This document shows positions 22,114-33,051 of a stretch of 64,000 nucleotides of DNA, piece after piece. Below the pieces are notes generated by a model, which saw only the letters and a program-made list of their open reading frames with translations, was not told the DNA's origin and did no database searches. Origin of the DNA: an uncultured Clostridia bacterium. GTDB lineage: Bacteria > Bacillota > Clostridia > TANB77 > CAG-508. A program made the position numbers and the translations under genes. Every line of letters begins with the position of its first letter. The first letter of the stretch is position 1. The DNA lies in contig CANQTK010000003.1 in assembly GCA_947626735.1 (NCBI GenBank), positions 8,952 through 72,951 of the forward strand. The letters are read 5' to 3'.

Positions 22114-22812
22114 TTAAAATTCGTAGATGTAACATTCTAACATTTGCCTACCATACTGCAGAGCTTCTTCATGCGTACTAAGATAAATGTCTAGTTTTCC
22201 ATTTTTAATTGCCCCTCCTCTGTCCTGGACAATGAACCATCCACCATTTGGCTTATCTGCTAAAGCAGGAATGTAAATAATAGTACCTATTTTATATTCT
22301 TTCCCTGCTGCAACAGTATACCATGCTTGTACTTTTTCTCCCGATGCTGTAATGCCATCTGTTTTCCCACAACAGTATTCGCAAGAACAGTACGAAGAGG
22401 TATTTAAGGTCCGGATGGTAGGAGTCATACCTGCTACTCTTTTTGCCAACTCATTCGTATTAGTCGTATTAGTCGTTACTACCATCTGTGTAGCACTTGT
22501 TTGCAGTGTTTCCACTGTTTCTTTGGATGCTATTTCAGGCATTTGGGGAATAGGAAGACTGGCAATATACCTTGCAAAATGCTCTTTTACAGAAATTCGC
22601 TCTGTAGAAACTTCTTTTTGCAAATTAATATGATTGATGTCCTCTAATTTCCGAATGTAACTTTCGTTAAACTGTGTCATCCAAAAAATAGTTAATGTTA
22701 GTAGGATAGTACTGAATACTAACACTCTCTCAGAAAAGTATATTACATAAGCTGTCATTTCCTTTTCTTTTCTGATTCTTCTTGCTTTTGCTCTTTTGTC
22801 TTTTGTATTCAT
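22114..22812 (-). CDS. Membrane-anchored 3D-domain protein
   Basis: N-terminal hydrophobic span; YC..C..CCGKTDGITASG, VQDRGG, LDIY motifs; two in-frame CGG-A. Confidence 0.85.
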   Translation of the reverse strand: MNTKDKRAKARRIRKEKEMTAYVIYFSERVLVFSTILLTLTIFWMTQFNESYIRKLEDINHINLQKEVSTERISVKEHFARYIASLPIPQMPEIASKETVETLQTSATQMVVTTNTTNTNELAKRVAGMTPTIRTLNTSSYCSCEYCCGKTDGITASGEKVQAWYTVAAGKEYKIGTIIYIPALADKPNGGWFIVQDRGGAIKNGKLDIYLSTHEEALQYGRQMLECYIYEF

Positions 22813-22903
22813 TTTTTCTCCTTTTCTAAACCATATTTATGGTATTTATACTTTTTTACCAGTTACTTCTTTTATTATACCATATTTTACATAAAATTGC
22901 AAT

Positions 22904-23578
22904 TTAGAATGACTCTGTGTATGTTTTTTTAGTTGCTTTTTTGATTCTTTCTTCTATTATTTTTTTATAGGAAAATAGAATAAGAGGAACCTCCTTCTTT
23001 GGTTCCTCTTCTTCTACATTTAGGTTTTCTTCCTCGTTGGTTTTTATTTCTTCTTCCCAACCGGAAAATTCATGCCAATTTGATGTGTAGTATAATGTGC
23101 CATAAGGTGATTGTTTTGCAAACCATACGATATAACTTGGAAATACGCGCATACCTTCTAACAGATTTTTTGCAATTGCCATTTCTTCTTCCGTTGGACC
23201 ATGCTTCCAGTTTGAACTTCCTACAGAAGTAAATTGTCCTTCTTGATAGATGACATCTTTTACTGTATTTTTAAATTCTGTAGTAGGATCTTCTACACGA
23301 TTCAATACCACATTTCCCACACGGTATTTTTCCATGTTATCGCAGATTCCAGCCTCAGCATAGATGAGTGTAGCAAGAAGTTGTACTTCGTCTTCTGTAT
23401 ACTCTATAGCTGGTACTGAATCTAAAAAATATTCTCCAAGTTCTTTATCTGTTTCCAAAACTTCTTCTTCTCTTATTACTGCACTTTCTTGTGCCTCTAC
23501 TTGCAAACTTGAAAATGCTAGTATCATAATTGATAGGAAGATAAAAAATTTTGAAAACCGATTTCCCTCTTTTGACAT
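22904..23578 (-). CDS. Cell wall hydrolase, SleB/Hydrolase_2-like
   Basis: Signal peptide; LLATLIYAEAG, VGNVVLNRV, VIYQEGQF. Confidence 0.85.
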   Translation of the reverse strand: MSKEGNRFSKFFIFLSIMILAFSSLQVEAQESAVIREEEVLETDKELGEYFLDSVPAIEYTEDEVQLLATLIYAEAGICDNMEKYRVGNVVLNRVEDPTTEFKNTVKDVIYQEGQFTSVGSSNWKHGPTEEEMAIAKNLLEGMRVFPSYIVWFAKQSPYGTLYYTSNWHEFSGWEEEIKTNEEENLNVEEEEPKKEVPLILFSYKKIIEERIKKATKKTYTESF

Positions 23579-23698
23579 GTTACCTCCTTTTGTGCATACT
23601 TTCTAATTGTAGAAAGTATTTATTGACAGTTACTTTTTTTATTATACCATTATTTTCTTCTTTTTTCAAGTTTTTTTACATAAAATTCCATTTCTATT

Positions 23699-25321
23699 TT
23701 AACTTACCTTTCTTAATTGTTTTGCATGTTCGATAGAAAGATGGTTTACTTCTCCACTGGCAATTCTTGCAATTTCTTGAACAGTTCTTTCTTCATCTAG
23801 TTTTTCTACCTTTGTTCTTGTTTTATTTTCTTCTACTACTTTACTAATATAAAAATTATGTTCTGCTTGTGCTGCAATGTTAGCCAAATGGGTGACACAT
23901 AAAATTTGATGATTTTGCGCTATTTTTCTCATTTTTTGACTAAATGCTTTAGCAACATGTCCACTAATTCCTGTATCAATTTCATCAAAAATAAGCACAG
24001 GAATTTTATCTACCTCACTTAAAACGGATTTGATGGCAAGCATTATTCTTGACATTTCACCACCAGAGGCTATTTTATTTAATGGCTTTTCCTCTTCTCC
24101 TATATTAGTTGTAATATAAATTTCTACGACATCTAAGCCATTTTTATTAAATTCTTCTCTTTGTTTCACAAGCATATGGCATTTGGCCTGTTTCATTTCT
24201 AATTCATCTAATTCCTGATTAATTAGTTTGCTCAATTTCTCAGCTTCTGTTTTTCTTAAAGTCGTCATTTTCTCTGCTAATTCTTTCATTTTTTCTTGTA
24301 TTTCTTGTTGCTCTTGCCTTCTTTTTTTATTCTCTTCTTCCCTATTTTCTATTTGCTCTACTTGTAATTGCATTTCTTTTTGATACGCTAAAATTTCTTC
24401 TATATTATTACCATACTTTCTTTTTAGAGAACAAAGTAAATCTAACCTGTTTTCGATATTGTTTTGTTCTTCTTCTTCAAATTCCGTATTTCCTTTTAAG
24501 CTATTAATATCTCTTGCCACTTCTTGTACTTCATAATAAATATTTTTTAATTCTGCTAATTTTTCTTGATAAGTTTTATCAATGTCTTCTATTTTTTCTA
24601 ATGCTTTTATTGCTTCACTAATACTATCTATTGCATTTTCATTTAAAACCGTATCGGCTGTTTTTAAACTACTTTCTATTTTTTCTGCATGAAGCATTAT
24701 TTTTCTCTGTTCTTCTAATATTTCTTCTTCTCCTAATTGTAAATGAGCCATTTGAATTTCTTTTATTTGGTATTGTAATAAGTCTAGTCTTCTTTGTTTT
24801 TCTTTTTCGTCTCCATAGTTTTCTGTTAATTCTTTTTGAAGTTTTGCATTTTTTTGATATAATAGGTAATATTCTTGCTTTATTTTTTTCACTTTTTCTC
24901 CTATAAAGTTATCTAGATAGTCAATATGTGAAGCACTATCTAATAAAGTTTGATTTTCATTTTGTCCATGAATATCAATAACCTGTTTCATGAAATCTTT
25001 TAATTCATTGACGGTTACTAATCTTCCATTAATTTTACAAGTATTTCTACCATTACTATAAATTTCTCTTGATACAATAACATTGCCATCGATTGCATTT
25101 TCATTTTCTGGTAAATAAAGGCATGCTTCCACATACGAATAGTTTTCTCCTTTGCGAATCATTTCTTTGGAAAAACGATTTCCACAAAGAATACCCAAAG
25201 AGTCTATAATTAAGGTTTTCCCTGCACCTGTTTCTCCTGTTAAGGCATTAAAACCATTTTCTAAATTAATACTTAAATCATCAATAATTCCTATATTTTT
25301 TATTTGTATGGTACTAATCAT
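23699..25321 (-). CDS. recN: DNA repair protein RecN
   Basis: LTGETGAGKT, ASGGEMSRIMLA, IFDEIDTG, CVTH; start at MISTIQIKN. Confidence 0.97.
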   Translation of the reverse strand: MISTIQIKNIGIIDDLSINLENGFNALTGETGAGKTLIIDSLGILCGNRFSKEMIRKGENYSYVEACLYLPENENAIDGNVIVSREIYSNGRNTCKINGRLVTVNELKDFMKQVIDIHGQNENQTLLDSASHIDYLDNFIGEKVKKIKQEYYLLYQKNAKLQKELTENYGDEKEKQRRLDLLQYQIKEIQMAHLQLGEEEILEEQRKIMLHAEKIESSLKTADTVLNENAIDSISEAIKALEKIEDIDKTYQEKLAELKNIYYEVQEVARDINSLKGNTEFEEEEQNNIENRLDLLCSLKRKYGNNIEEILAYQKEMQLQVEQIENREEENKKRRQEQQEIQEKMKELAEKMTTLRKTEAEKLSKLINQELDELEMKQAKCHMLVKQREEFNKNGLDVVEIYITTNIGEEEKPLNKIASGGEMSRIMLAIKSVLSEVDKIPVLIFDEIDTGISGHVAKAFSQKMRKIAQNHQILCVTHLANIAAQAEHNFYISKVVEENKTRTKVEKLDEERTVQEIARIASGEVNHLSIEHAKQLRKVS

Positions 25322-25476
25322 AAAAATCTCCTTTTTTACGAAATATTGTTTGTTTAAGAGTATTATATATACGAATTTTTGTTTTGTCAATATGTTTTTG
25401 CAAATTTTTGTTTGTTTTTATAAAAAAGCTTTCCATTTTTATCAAATGAAATTTTTAAGAAATTCTTACCAAAAAA

Positions 25477-25506
25477 TAAAAAGCCTTGTTTTTTAACAGG
25501 CTTCTT
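25477..25506 (-). terminator. Terminator at the end of the alpha operon
   Basis: AAGCCTTGTT/AACAGGCTT stem followed by a U run on the minus strand. Confidence 0.7.
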
Positions 25507-25519
25507 ACTTTCATTTTAA

Positions 25520-26044
25520 TTAAACTAATTGTAAAATAACAACTTCTGCTGCATCTCCTCTTCTTTGCCCTACTTTTACAATACGTGTATATCCTCCTAC
25601 ACGTCCTTCGTATTTTGGAGCAATTTCATTGAATAGTTTTGCAGGTAAATCAATATTATTTCCTTTTTCGTCTTTTACTTTATTTAACATTCTCATCATT
25701 TTTCTTCTTGCATTTAATCTAGTTGGCATATCTTTTTGTCTTTTTTCTGTTTTTTCTTCTTTTACAACTCTTAGATATTCTTTTCCGTTTTTGCTTTTTA
25801 CTAATTCTGTTTCTTTATTTCCTTTGCTATCTAATTTTACTTTTACAACTTTTACATCTACTGTTTCAAAGTTGTCTTTTTCTTTTATGGCTAAGGAAAT
25901 AATGCTATCAGCCATTGCTTTTAATTCTTTGGCTCTTGCTTCTGTGGTTTCAATTTTTTCATGTAAAATTAAGTCAGTTAATCCACTTTTTAGCATTGCT
26001 TTACGGATATCTGTTGTTCTACCTAATTTTCTATTAATTGCCAC
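25520..26044 (-). CDS. rplQ: 50S ribosomal protein L17 with an internal insertion
   Basis: [42 protein letters not shown]. Confidence 0.98.
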   Translation of the reverse strand: MAINRKLGRTTDIRKAMLKSGLTDLILHEKIETTEARAKELKAMADSIISLAIKEKDNFETVDVKVVKVKLDSKGNKETELVKSKNGKEYLRVVKEEKTEKRQKDMPTRLNARRKMMRMLNKVKDEKGNNIDLPAKLFNEIAPKYEGRVGGYTRIVKVGQRRGDAAEVVILQLV

Positions 26045-26178
26045 TTTGTTTCCCTCCTTTTCCTCGGTAAGAGAACACGTTTTTTAAGTCACTTACTCTA
26101 AGGCAAAATCTGTTTTCTACTTATTCATAAGTGATGTTAATTTTTAGGCGTTCTCCTTATTTTTTTATTCATTATTTT

Positions 26179-27126
26179 TTATTCTTCTTCTTTGGCAAAA
26201 TCTAGTCCTAATGAATGTAATTTAAAGGTTACTTCATCTAATGATTTTTTACCTAAGTTTCTTACTTTCATCATTTCTGCTTCTGTCATATTCGTAATAT
26301 CTTCTACTGTTGAAATTCCAGCTCTTTTTAAGCAATTGAAGGATCTTACTGATAATTCTAAATCTTCAATTGACATTTCTAACACTTTTTCTTTCTTGTT
26401 TTCTTCTTTTTCTATCATCACTTGCGTATTTTTAGCTGTTTCTGATAGATCAATGAATAGTTCTAAATGACTTGTCATTACTTTAGCTGCTAAACTTAAT
26501 GCTTCATATGGTGCTAAACTACCATCTGTCCATAATTCAATGGTTAGTTTGTCATAGTCTATATTTTGTCCAACCCTTGTATTTTCTACAGTATAATTTA
26601 CTTTTTTTACAGGTGTATAAATAGAATCTATTGGTAATACACTTAAAGGTTGATTCTCTTTTTTGTTTTTTTCTGCTGAGTTATAGCCTCTACCCATATC
26701 TACTGTCATTTCCATTTGAAGATGTGCTCCTTCAGATAAAGTAGCAATATGTAAATCTGGATTTAATACCTCTACTGAACTATCGGTAATAATATCTCCC
26801 GCTTTTACTTCTCCTTCGCCTTTTACGTCGATACGGATGATTTTTTCTTCATTTTCATGAAGTTTTAGTCTAACCATTTTTAGGTTGACAATAATTTCTG
26901 GTACATCTTCTACCACATTAGGAATTGTAGAAAATTCATGTACCACTCCTTCTATTTTTACACTTGTAATTGCTGCACCTGGTAAAGAAGATAACAAAAT
27001 TCTTCTTAAAGAATTTCCTATTGTTACTCCATAACCACGTTCTAATGGTTCGCAAACAAATTTTGCATAGTTTGTTTCATTATCTATTTCTAAGCATTTA
27101 ATATTTGGCCTTTCAAATTCTATCAT
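26179..27126 (-). CDS. rpoA: RNA polymerase alpha subunit
   Basis: [34 protein letters not shown]. Confidence 0.99.
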   Translation of the reverse strand: MIEFERPNIKCLEIDNETNYAKFVCEPLERGYGVTIGNSLRRILLSSLPGAAITSVKIEGVVHEFSTIPNVVEDVPEIIVNLKMVRLKLHENEEKIIRIDVKGEGEVKAGDIITDSSVEVLNPDLHIATLSEGAHLQMEMTVDMGRGYNSAEKNKKENQPLSVLPIDSIYTPVKKVNYTVENTRVGQNIDYDKLTIELWTDGSLAPYEALSLAAKVMTSHLELFIDLSETAKNTQVMIEKEENKKEKVLEMSIEDLELSVRSFNCLKRAGISTVEDITNMTEAEMMKVRNLGKKSLDEVTFKLHSLGLDFAKEEE

Positions 27127-27254
27127 TTTTACCTCCTATTTTTAGAAGTTAGAGTTTAGAATTTATCTTTTAATTTTACTCTTTTATACTCTACTTCACC
27201 TTTTCTATTTTACTTTATAGGTATCTAAATTTCTAACTGCGTAACTTCTATTTA

Positions 27255-27881
27255 TTATTTAGAGTAAAGCTCTACTATTAAATGTTCTTCTACTGGTAAA
27301 TCAACATCTTCTCTTGATGCTAATCTTACAACTTTACCACTTAATTTTTCTATATCTTTTTCTAACCATTCTGGAACAGGTCTTGCTCCGTTTTCTTCTA
27401 CATTAAACTTAATTGCACCGTTGTCTTTTCTGATTTCTCTTACGGAAATAACATCTCCTGCTTTTACTAAGTAAGATGGGATATCTACTTTTTGTCCATT
27501 TACTTCAAAAGCTCCATGTGTTATCATCATTCTTGCTTGTGCTCTTGAGCTTCCATAACCTAATCTATACACTACGTTATCTAATCTGCTTTCTAGAATT
27601 TGTAGTAAAACTTCACCAGTTTTACCTTTTGTTTTAGAAGCCATATCAAAATATCTTCTAAATTGTTTTTCACTTACTCCATAAAATGCTTTTGTTTTTT
27701 GTTTTTCTCTTAATTGTGTACCATATTCAGAAAGTTTCTTCTTTTTTTGTCCATTTTGTCCTGGTGCATAATTTCTTCTTGAAATACTGCACTTGTCTGT
27801 ATAACATCTGGAACCTTTTAAGAATAACTTTTGTCCTTCTCTACGGCAAATACGGCATTGTTCGTCTTTATATCTTGCCAT
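27255..27881 (-). CDS. rpsD: 30S ribosomal protein S4
   Basis: [32 protein letters not shown]. Confidence 0.99.
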   Translation of the reverse strand: MARYKDEQCRICRREGQKLFLKGSRCYTDKCSISRRNYAPGQNGQKKKKLSEYGTQLREKQKTKAFYGVSEKQFRRYFDMASKTKGKTGEVLLQILESRLDNVVYRLGYGSSRAQARMMITHGAFEVNGQKVDIPSYLVKAGDVISVREIRKDNGAIKFNVEENGARPVPEWLEKDIEKLSGKVVRLASREDVDLPVEEHLIVELYSK

Positions 27882-27908
27882 TTTATTATTTTCCTCCTTT
27901 TTTTATTG

Positions 27909-28004
27909 TAGGGGACACATTTTTTTCTTTCTGTCATTACCACTAGGGACAAGATATGTCCCACACTTATGAATGGTTTATGTCAGATTTTAAAATGCTC
28001 TCCT
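27909..28004 (-). repeat. REP-like family 1, copy A (rpsK-rpsD)
   Basis: GGGGACACAT...GATATGTCCC stem with conserved loop GTCA(C/T)T..CACT.GGG. Confidence 0.8.
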
Positions 28005-28013
28005 CTTTCTATT

Positions 28014-28412
28014 TTAAACTCTTCTTCTTTTTGGTGGTCTACAACCGTTGTGTGGAATTGGAGTAACATCTTTGATGCTACTAATTTCTAAACCAGCTGC
28101 TTGTAATGAACGGATTGCTGCTTCACGTCCTGAACCAGGTCCTTTTACATATACTTCTACTGATTTTAAACCATGTTCCATAGCTGCTTTGGCAGCTGTT
28201 TCTGCAGCTTCTCCTGCTGCAAATGGTGTGCTTTTTCTAGAACCTTTGAATCCAAGTTCTCCAGCACTTGCCCAAGAAAGCGCATTTCCTTGAACGTCTG
28301 TAATAGTAACGATTGTATTATTGAAACTAGAGTGAATATGTGCCATGCCTTTTTCGATGTTTTTTCTATCTCTTCTTCTAGTTGTAGTTCTTTTTGTTAC
28401 TGGCTTTGCCAT
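28014..28412 (-). CDS. rpsK: 30S ribosomal protein S11
   Basis: [28 protein letters not shown]. Confidence 0.99.
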   Translation of the reverse strand: MAKPVTKRTTTRRRDRKNIEKGMAHIHSSFNNTIVTITDVQGNALSWASAGELGFKGSRKSTPFAAGEAAETAAKAAMEHGLKSVEVYVKGPGSGREAAIRSLQAAGLEISSIKDVTPIPHNGCRPPKRRRV

Positions 28413-28436
28413 TTAACTTTCCTCCTTAACTATTTA

Positions 28437-28802
28437 TTATTTTTTGCTTTTACTTACTAATTTTCTTGGTCCTTTTCTTGTACGAGCATTTGTTTTTGTT
28501 CTTTGTCCTCTTACAGGAAGACCTCTTCTATGTCTTAACCCTCTATAACAACCAATTTCAGTAAGTCTTTTAATGTTTAATGCAACTTCTCTTCTTAAAT
28601 CACCTTCTACGGTAATTCCTTCCATTGCTTTTCTAATTGCTTGTTCTTGGTCTGCTGTTAAGTCTTTTACTCTTGTATCTGGGTTGATTCCAGCTTCTTT
28701 TAATACTTTTTGAGAAGTGGATAGTCCAATACCATAAATATAAGTAAGTCCTATTTCAATTCTCTTTTCTCTAGGTAAATCTACTCCTGCTATACGAGCC
28801 AT
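28437..28802 (-). CDS. rpsM: 30S ribosomal protein S13
   Basis: [28 protein letters not shown]. Confidence 0.99.
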   Translation of the reverse strand: MARIAGVDLPREKRIEIGLTYIYGIGLSTSQKVLKEAGINPDTRVKDLTADQEQAIRKAMEGITVEGDLRREVALNIKRLTEIGCYRGLRHRRGLPVRGQRTKTNARTRKGPRKLVSKSKK

Positions 28803-29007
28803 ATTTTTTTAGCACCTCCGAATTTTATTTTTAGATTTGTTTGTATTGTTTGTTTATGAAAAGTGGAAAGGTGAAATGCACCAGAGATAAAGGATCTGGT
28901 CTTTCTATTTTTCATAGACATGTATATAAACACAAATTTGATTGATTGTTTCTTTTTGAAACACAGCCGCTCCAAACTTGTGTTAATATCGTTATTTTGG
29001 TATGTAA

Positions 29008-29121
29008 TTAACCTTGTCTTTGTTTGTGTTTTGGGTTTTCACAAATAACTCTAATAACACCTTTTCTTTTAATAATTTTGCATTTTTCGCAAATTTTCTT
29101 TACTGATGGTCTTACTTTCAT
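29008..29121 (-). CDS. rpmJ: 50S ribosomal protein L36 (absent from the ORF track)
   Basis: Manual translation [37 protein letters not shown]. Confidence 0.98.
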   Translation of the reverse strand: MKVRPSVKKICEKCKIIKRKGVIRVICENPKHKQRQG

Positions 29122-29270
29122 TTTTAAACACACCCCCTGTAATTTTTGATCTTATTTTTATGTACTACATTATGATGTGTGAGGTCAGATGTATAAGATA
29201 ACAGGCTAAATGAAATTTACACATCTCACGTCGCACCTCACAATAAAACCGTAGTATATAATTTTTACTT

Positions 29271-29489
29271 TTATTTTGCTCTCCATGTGATACGACCTCT
29301 GGTTAAGTCATAAGGAGAAAGCTCTACTTTTACTTTGTCTCCTGGTAAAATTTTGATATAATTCATTCTTAATTTTCCAGAAATATGAGCTAATATTTGA
29401 TGTCCATTTTCCAATTCTACTTTAAAGTTGGTATTTGGTAATGTTTCTACTACCGTACCCTCTACTTCAATTACATCTTCCTTGGCCAT
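29271..29489 (-). CDS. infA: Translation initiation factor IF-1
   Basis: [11 protein letters not shown]...[13 protein letters not shown]. Confidence 0.99.
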   Translation of the reverse strand: MAKEDVIEVEGTVVETLPNTNFKVELENGHQILAHISGKLRMNYIKILPGDKVKVELSPYDLTRGRITWRAK

Positions 29490-29578
29490 GTTTTCCTCCA
29501 TTTTTCTATGGTTTTACACGTTTTTGAGGTACAATTCTGCAATTGTACCCACAATAACTATTATAGTATATAACAACT

Positions 29579-30349
29579 TTATATTTTTGTCAAGATTTCT
29601 GGCTCATTTTCTGTAATTAAAATTGTATTTTCATAATGAGCCGCTCTTTTTTCATCTTCGGTGACAATGGTCCATCCATCTTCTAATTCTAAAATAGTAT
29701 CACGTCCTGCCATTACCATAGGTTCTATGGCAAGTGTCATGCCTGGTTCTAAGCGAATGCCTCTTCCTGCTTTTCCATAGTTTGGTATGCCTGGATCTTC
29801 ATGCATTTGTCTTCCTATCCCATGGCCTTGAAATTCTTTTACTACATTGAAGCCATTTTTTTCTACAAATTCTCCAATCGCATGAGAAACATCGCCAATA
29901 CGATTGTCTTTTTTAGCATATTTTATTCCTTCAAAAAAAGCTTGTTTTGTTACTTCTATTAACTTTTGTGATTCCTTATCGATATTTCCCACTGCATAGG
30001 TTCTCGCACAGTCTCCATTAAAACCATCTTTATAAGCAACTAAATCAATACTGATAATATCTCCTTCTTTTAAAATAACTCTTTTAGAAGGAATTCCGTG
30101 AATCACTTCATCATTGACAGAAGCACAAATGGAGCCTGGAAAATCTGGCACTCCCTTTACCCCACTTGGATAACCTTTTTCCGCAGGAATAGCACCATAC
30201 TTTCGCATGGTATTTTCTGCAATTTTATCTAATTCCCAAGTAGACACTCCTGGCTTAATTGCTTCTTCTACTGCTTTTTGCACTAAAGCTGCTATTTTAC
30301 ATGCTTCTCTCATTTTTTCTATTTCTTGTTTTGATTTAATTGTTACCAT
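29579..30349 (-). CDS. map: Methionine aminopeptidase type I
   Basis: SVNDEVIHGIP, GHGIG, EPM, AHYENT; start MVTIKS. Confidence 0.98.
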   Translation of the reverse strand: MVTIKSKQEIEKMREACKIAALVQKAVEEAIKPGVSTWELDKIAENTMRKYGAIPAEKGYPSGVKGVPDFPGSICASVNDEVIHGIPSKRVILKEGDIISIDLVAYKDGFNGDCARTYAVGNIDKESQKLIEVTKQAFFEGIKYAKKDNRIGDVSHAIGEFVEKNGFNVVKEFQGHGIGRQMHEDPGIPNYGKAGRGIRLEPGMTLAIEPMVMAGRDTILELEDGWTIVTEDEKRAAHYENTILITENEPEILTKI

Positions 30350-30367
30350 TTTCTCTTCCTTTCCTGT

Positions 30368-30462
30368 AAAATGTCGCATTAGGGACGTTTTACAATGAGA
30401 CATTTTAAATATAATTAATAAAAAATGTCTCTTTAGGAAACGTCCCCAAAGAGACATTTTTT
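30368..30462. repeat. Hairpin repeat family 3, inverted doublet (copies 3 and 4)
   Basis: AAAATGTCGCATT-agggacgttttac-AATGAGACATTTT then AAAATGTCTCTTT-aggaaacgtcccc-AAAGAGACATTTT; contains the adk stop. Confidence 0.75.
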
Positions 30463-31104
30463 TATTTCTTTTGCTACGTCTTCTGAGGTTTTACCTGAGT
30501 GTAAATTTAGTTTTACGGCATATAATAAGTCTTGTGCTTTATAATAATCGACTAATTTGGCAGATGTTTCGTGATAAGTTTTTAGTCTTTGTTTTACTGT
30601 TTCTATGTTGTCATCTTCTCTTTGTACTAATTGACTGTGGCAAATATCACAGATTCCTTCTTGTTTTGGCTTTTTAAATTCTAAATTATAGACTTCTCTA
30701 CAATTTATGTTTGAGCATACTCTTCTTTTTACAATTCTATCTATAATATCTTCATCCGATAATTCTAATTCTACTGCTATGTCTATTTTCTTTCCTTGTT
30801 TCTTTAAAAAAGTATCAAATGCTTCTGCTTGCACGATGGTTCTTGGGAAGCCATCTAAAATGACACCATTTTTACAATCTGGTTCTTGCAATCTTTGTTC
30901 TACCAATTTTATTGCTAAATCATCTGGTACTAAATTTCCTTTTGATACATAAGAATCAATTTGCTTTCCTATTTCTCCTGCTTTTTTGATATAACTTCGA
31001 AATAATTCTCCACTGGATAAATGTGTAATTCCTAAAGATTCCGATAACATTTTTCCTACGGTTCCTTTTCCTGAACCTGGTTTTCCTAGCATAACAATAT
31101 ACAT
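30433..31104 (-). CDS. adk: Adenylate kinase
   Basis: GKPGSGKGT, LDGFPRT, Zn-lid cysteines, QREDD. Confidence 0.98.
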   Translation of the reverse strand: MYIVMLGKPGSGKGTVGKMLSESLGITHLSSGELFRSYIKKAGEIGKQIDSYVSKGNLVPDDLAIKLVEQRLQEPDCKNGVILDGFPRTIVQAEAFDTFLKKQGKKIDIAVELELSDEDIIDRIVKRRVCSNINCREVYNLEFKKPKQEGICDICHSQLVQREDDNIETVKQRLKTYHETSAKLVDYYKAQDLLYAVKLNLHSGKTSEDVAKEIKKCLFGDVS

Positions 31105-31299
31105 TTGTTGCTTACTCCCTTCTCTTTTGCTTTTACTTTACTATTATACCATTTTTTGCCACATAAGTATACTATTTTTTTATAAAAAAATAGATGCTTT
31201 ACTTTGCATCCATTTTTTATTATATATAATTTTTTCTCTGCTTAATATAATTAAGCCTTCAAATAATACCTGTTTTTTTCCTCCGTCCCCAAAAACAGT

Positions 31300-32616
31300 T
31301 TATTCTAAGAATCCTTTGTAATGTCTCATGACAAGTTGAGATTCTAGTTGTTGTACTGTTTCTAAGGCAACACCTACTACGATTAAGATAGAGGTTCCAC
31401 CAAAGGCAATATTTAGGTTGGTAAATCTTAGTAACATTGGAATGATTGCAATAACGGCTAAGAATAAACCTCCAAATAGTGTAATTTTTGAGATAATAGA
31501 ACTTAGGTAGTCTGTTGTTGGCTTTCCTGCTCTAATTCCTGGTATAAATCCACCATTTTTCTTAATATTGTTTGATACTTCTGCTGGATTGAAGGTAGCA
31601 TAAGTATAAAAATAGGTAAAACCTAAAATTAGTAGTAAGTATACGATTGCATTTGCAATGGAGTATCCTACTGGAACATTTGATGTTGATGTTGCAATAG
31701 AGAATTTATAAATGACACTCCAGAACCCTGTTTGCGATGCGATATTTGGTATAAACATTTGAATAATCATAGCTGGAAATGTCATAAAGGAGGAAGCAAA
31801 AATAACCGGCATTACACCTGCCATAGCAAGTTTTAATGGAATGTTTGTATTTTGTGCTCCTACCATTTTTCTTCCTACTACTCTTTTTGAATATTGTACG
31901 GGAACTCTACGTTCTGCTTGTTGTACAAAGACAACTCCTGCAACTAAGATAATGGCTCCTATGATAATGCCTAAGCCAATTAGTAGTCCTGTTGTAGAGA
32001 ATATTCCTGTTCCAAAGATTAAATTCCAAATGGTGGTTACTCCTCCTGGAAGACCTGCAATAATACCTACAAAGATAATCATAGAAATTCCATTTCCAAT
32101 TCCTTTATTGGTAATTTGGTCTCCAAGCCACATTAGAAGTGCTGTTCCTGCCATTAAAGAAATTACCACGGTTGCTCCTGTTAAGAAGCTTGCATCCATG
32201 AAAATTCCAGAAGAACGATAAGATAAATAGATACCTAATCCTTCAATTAAGGCAAGGACAATGGTTAATAGTTTTGTATAACGGTTGATTTTCTCTCTAC
32301 CTTCTTCTCCACCTTCTTTGGTTAGTCTTTCTAAGGCAGGAATTACCATAGCTAATAATTGAATTACAATGGAAGCAGTAATGTATGGGCTGATAGACAT
32401 AGCAAAAATAGATAAACGAGAAAAAGCTCCTCCTGAGATTAAATCTATTAAAGATGCCATTCCTTGCCCGCTAAATGCTTCTGCAAGTCGGAAATTATTG
32501 ACTCCTGGAACGGTAATATAACAACCTAATCGAAATACGATAATTAAAATTAGGGTATATAATAATCTTTTTCTAACATCTGGCGTTTTTAACGCATTTT
32601 TGATTGTTTGAAACAA
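31300..32616 (-). CDS. secY: Preprotein translocase SecY
   Basis: ISPYITASI, GIGNGISMIIF, GGFIPGIRAG, GGTSILIVVGV. Confidence 0.99.
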   Translation of the reverse strand: MFQTIKNALKTPDVRKRLLYTLILIIVFRLGCYITVPGVNNFRLAEAFSGQGMASLIDLISGGAFSRLSIFAMSISPYITASIVIQLLAMVIPALERLTKEGGEEGREKINRYTKLLTIVLALIEGLGIYLSYRSSGIFMDASFLTGATVVISLMAGTALLMWLGDQITNKGIGNGISMIIFVGIIAGLPGGVTTIWNLIFGTGIFSTTGLLIGLGIIIGAIILVAGVVFVQQAERRVPVQYSKRVVGRKMVGAQNTNIPLKLAMAGVMPVIFASSFMTFPAMIIQMFIPNIASQTGFWSVIYKFSIATSTSNVPVGYSIANAIVYLLLILGFTYFYTYATFNPAEVSNNIKKNGGFIPGIRAGKPTTDYLSSIISKITLFGGLFLAVIAIIPMLLRFTNLNIAFGGTSILIVVGVALETVQQLESQLVMRHYKGFLE

Positions 32617-33051
32617 TTAAATCACCTCTGTCTTTCCACCTAAAGCTTCTATTTTTTCTTTCGCTCCTTTAGTGAATCGAACAGCTTTAACAGTTAATTT
32701 CTTTTCTAATGTACCAGTTGCGATTACAACAATACCATCGTTTGCTTTAGATATAATTCCATCTGCAATTAAGCTCTCAGCAGTTACTTCGTCTTTGCTT
32801 GATTTGTTAAGCATTGTTAAAGTTACTTCTGTGTAATTTTTTGCATGAATATTTGTAAATCCTCTTTTTGGTAATCTTCTATATAATGGTGTTTGACCTC
32901 CTTCGAATCCACGTCTAACTCCTCCACCAGATCTTGCTTTTTGTCCTTTATGTCCTCTTCCTGATGTTTTTCCTAGACCAGAACCGATTCCACGTCCAAC
33001 TCTTTTCTTTATTTCTGTTTTTTGTGCTGGTTTTAATTCGTCTAATTTCAT
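32617..33051 (-). CDS. rplO: 50S ribosomal protein L15
   Basis: [30 protein letters not shown]. Confidence 0.99.
   Translation of the reverse strand: MKLDELKPAQKTEIKKRVGRGIGSGLGKTSGRGHKGQKARSGGGVRRGFEGGQTPLYRRLPKRGFTNIHAKNYTEVTLTMLNKSSKDEVTAESLIADGIISKANDGIVVIATGTLEKKLTVKAVRFTKGAKEKIEALGGKTEVI

Noticed and set aside
30350-30457. Extended N-termini in the ORF track for map, rplV, rpsE, rplF, rpsH, hemW, recN, spoVG
   Set aside because: Artefacts of open frames through spacers or repeats; SD-supported starts lie downstream
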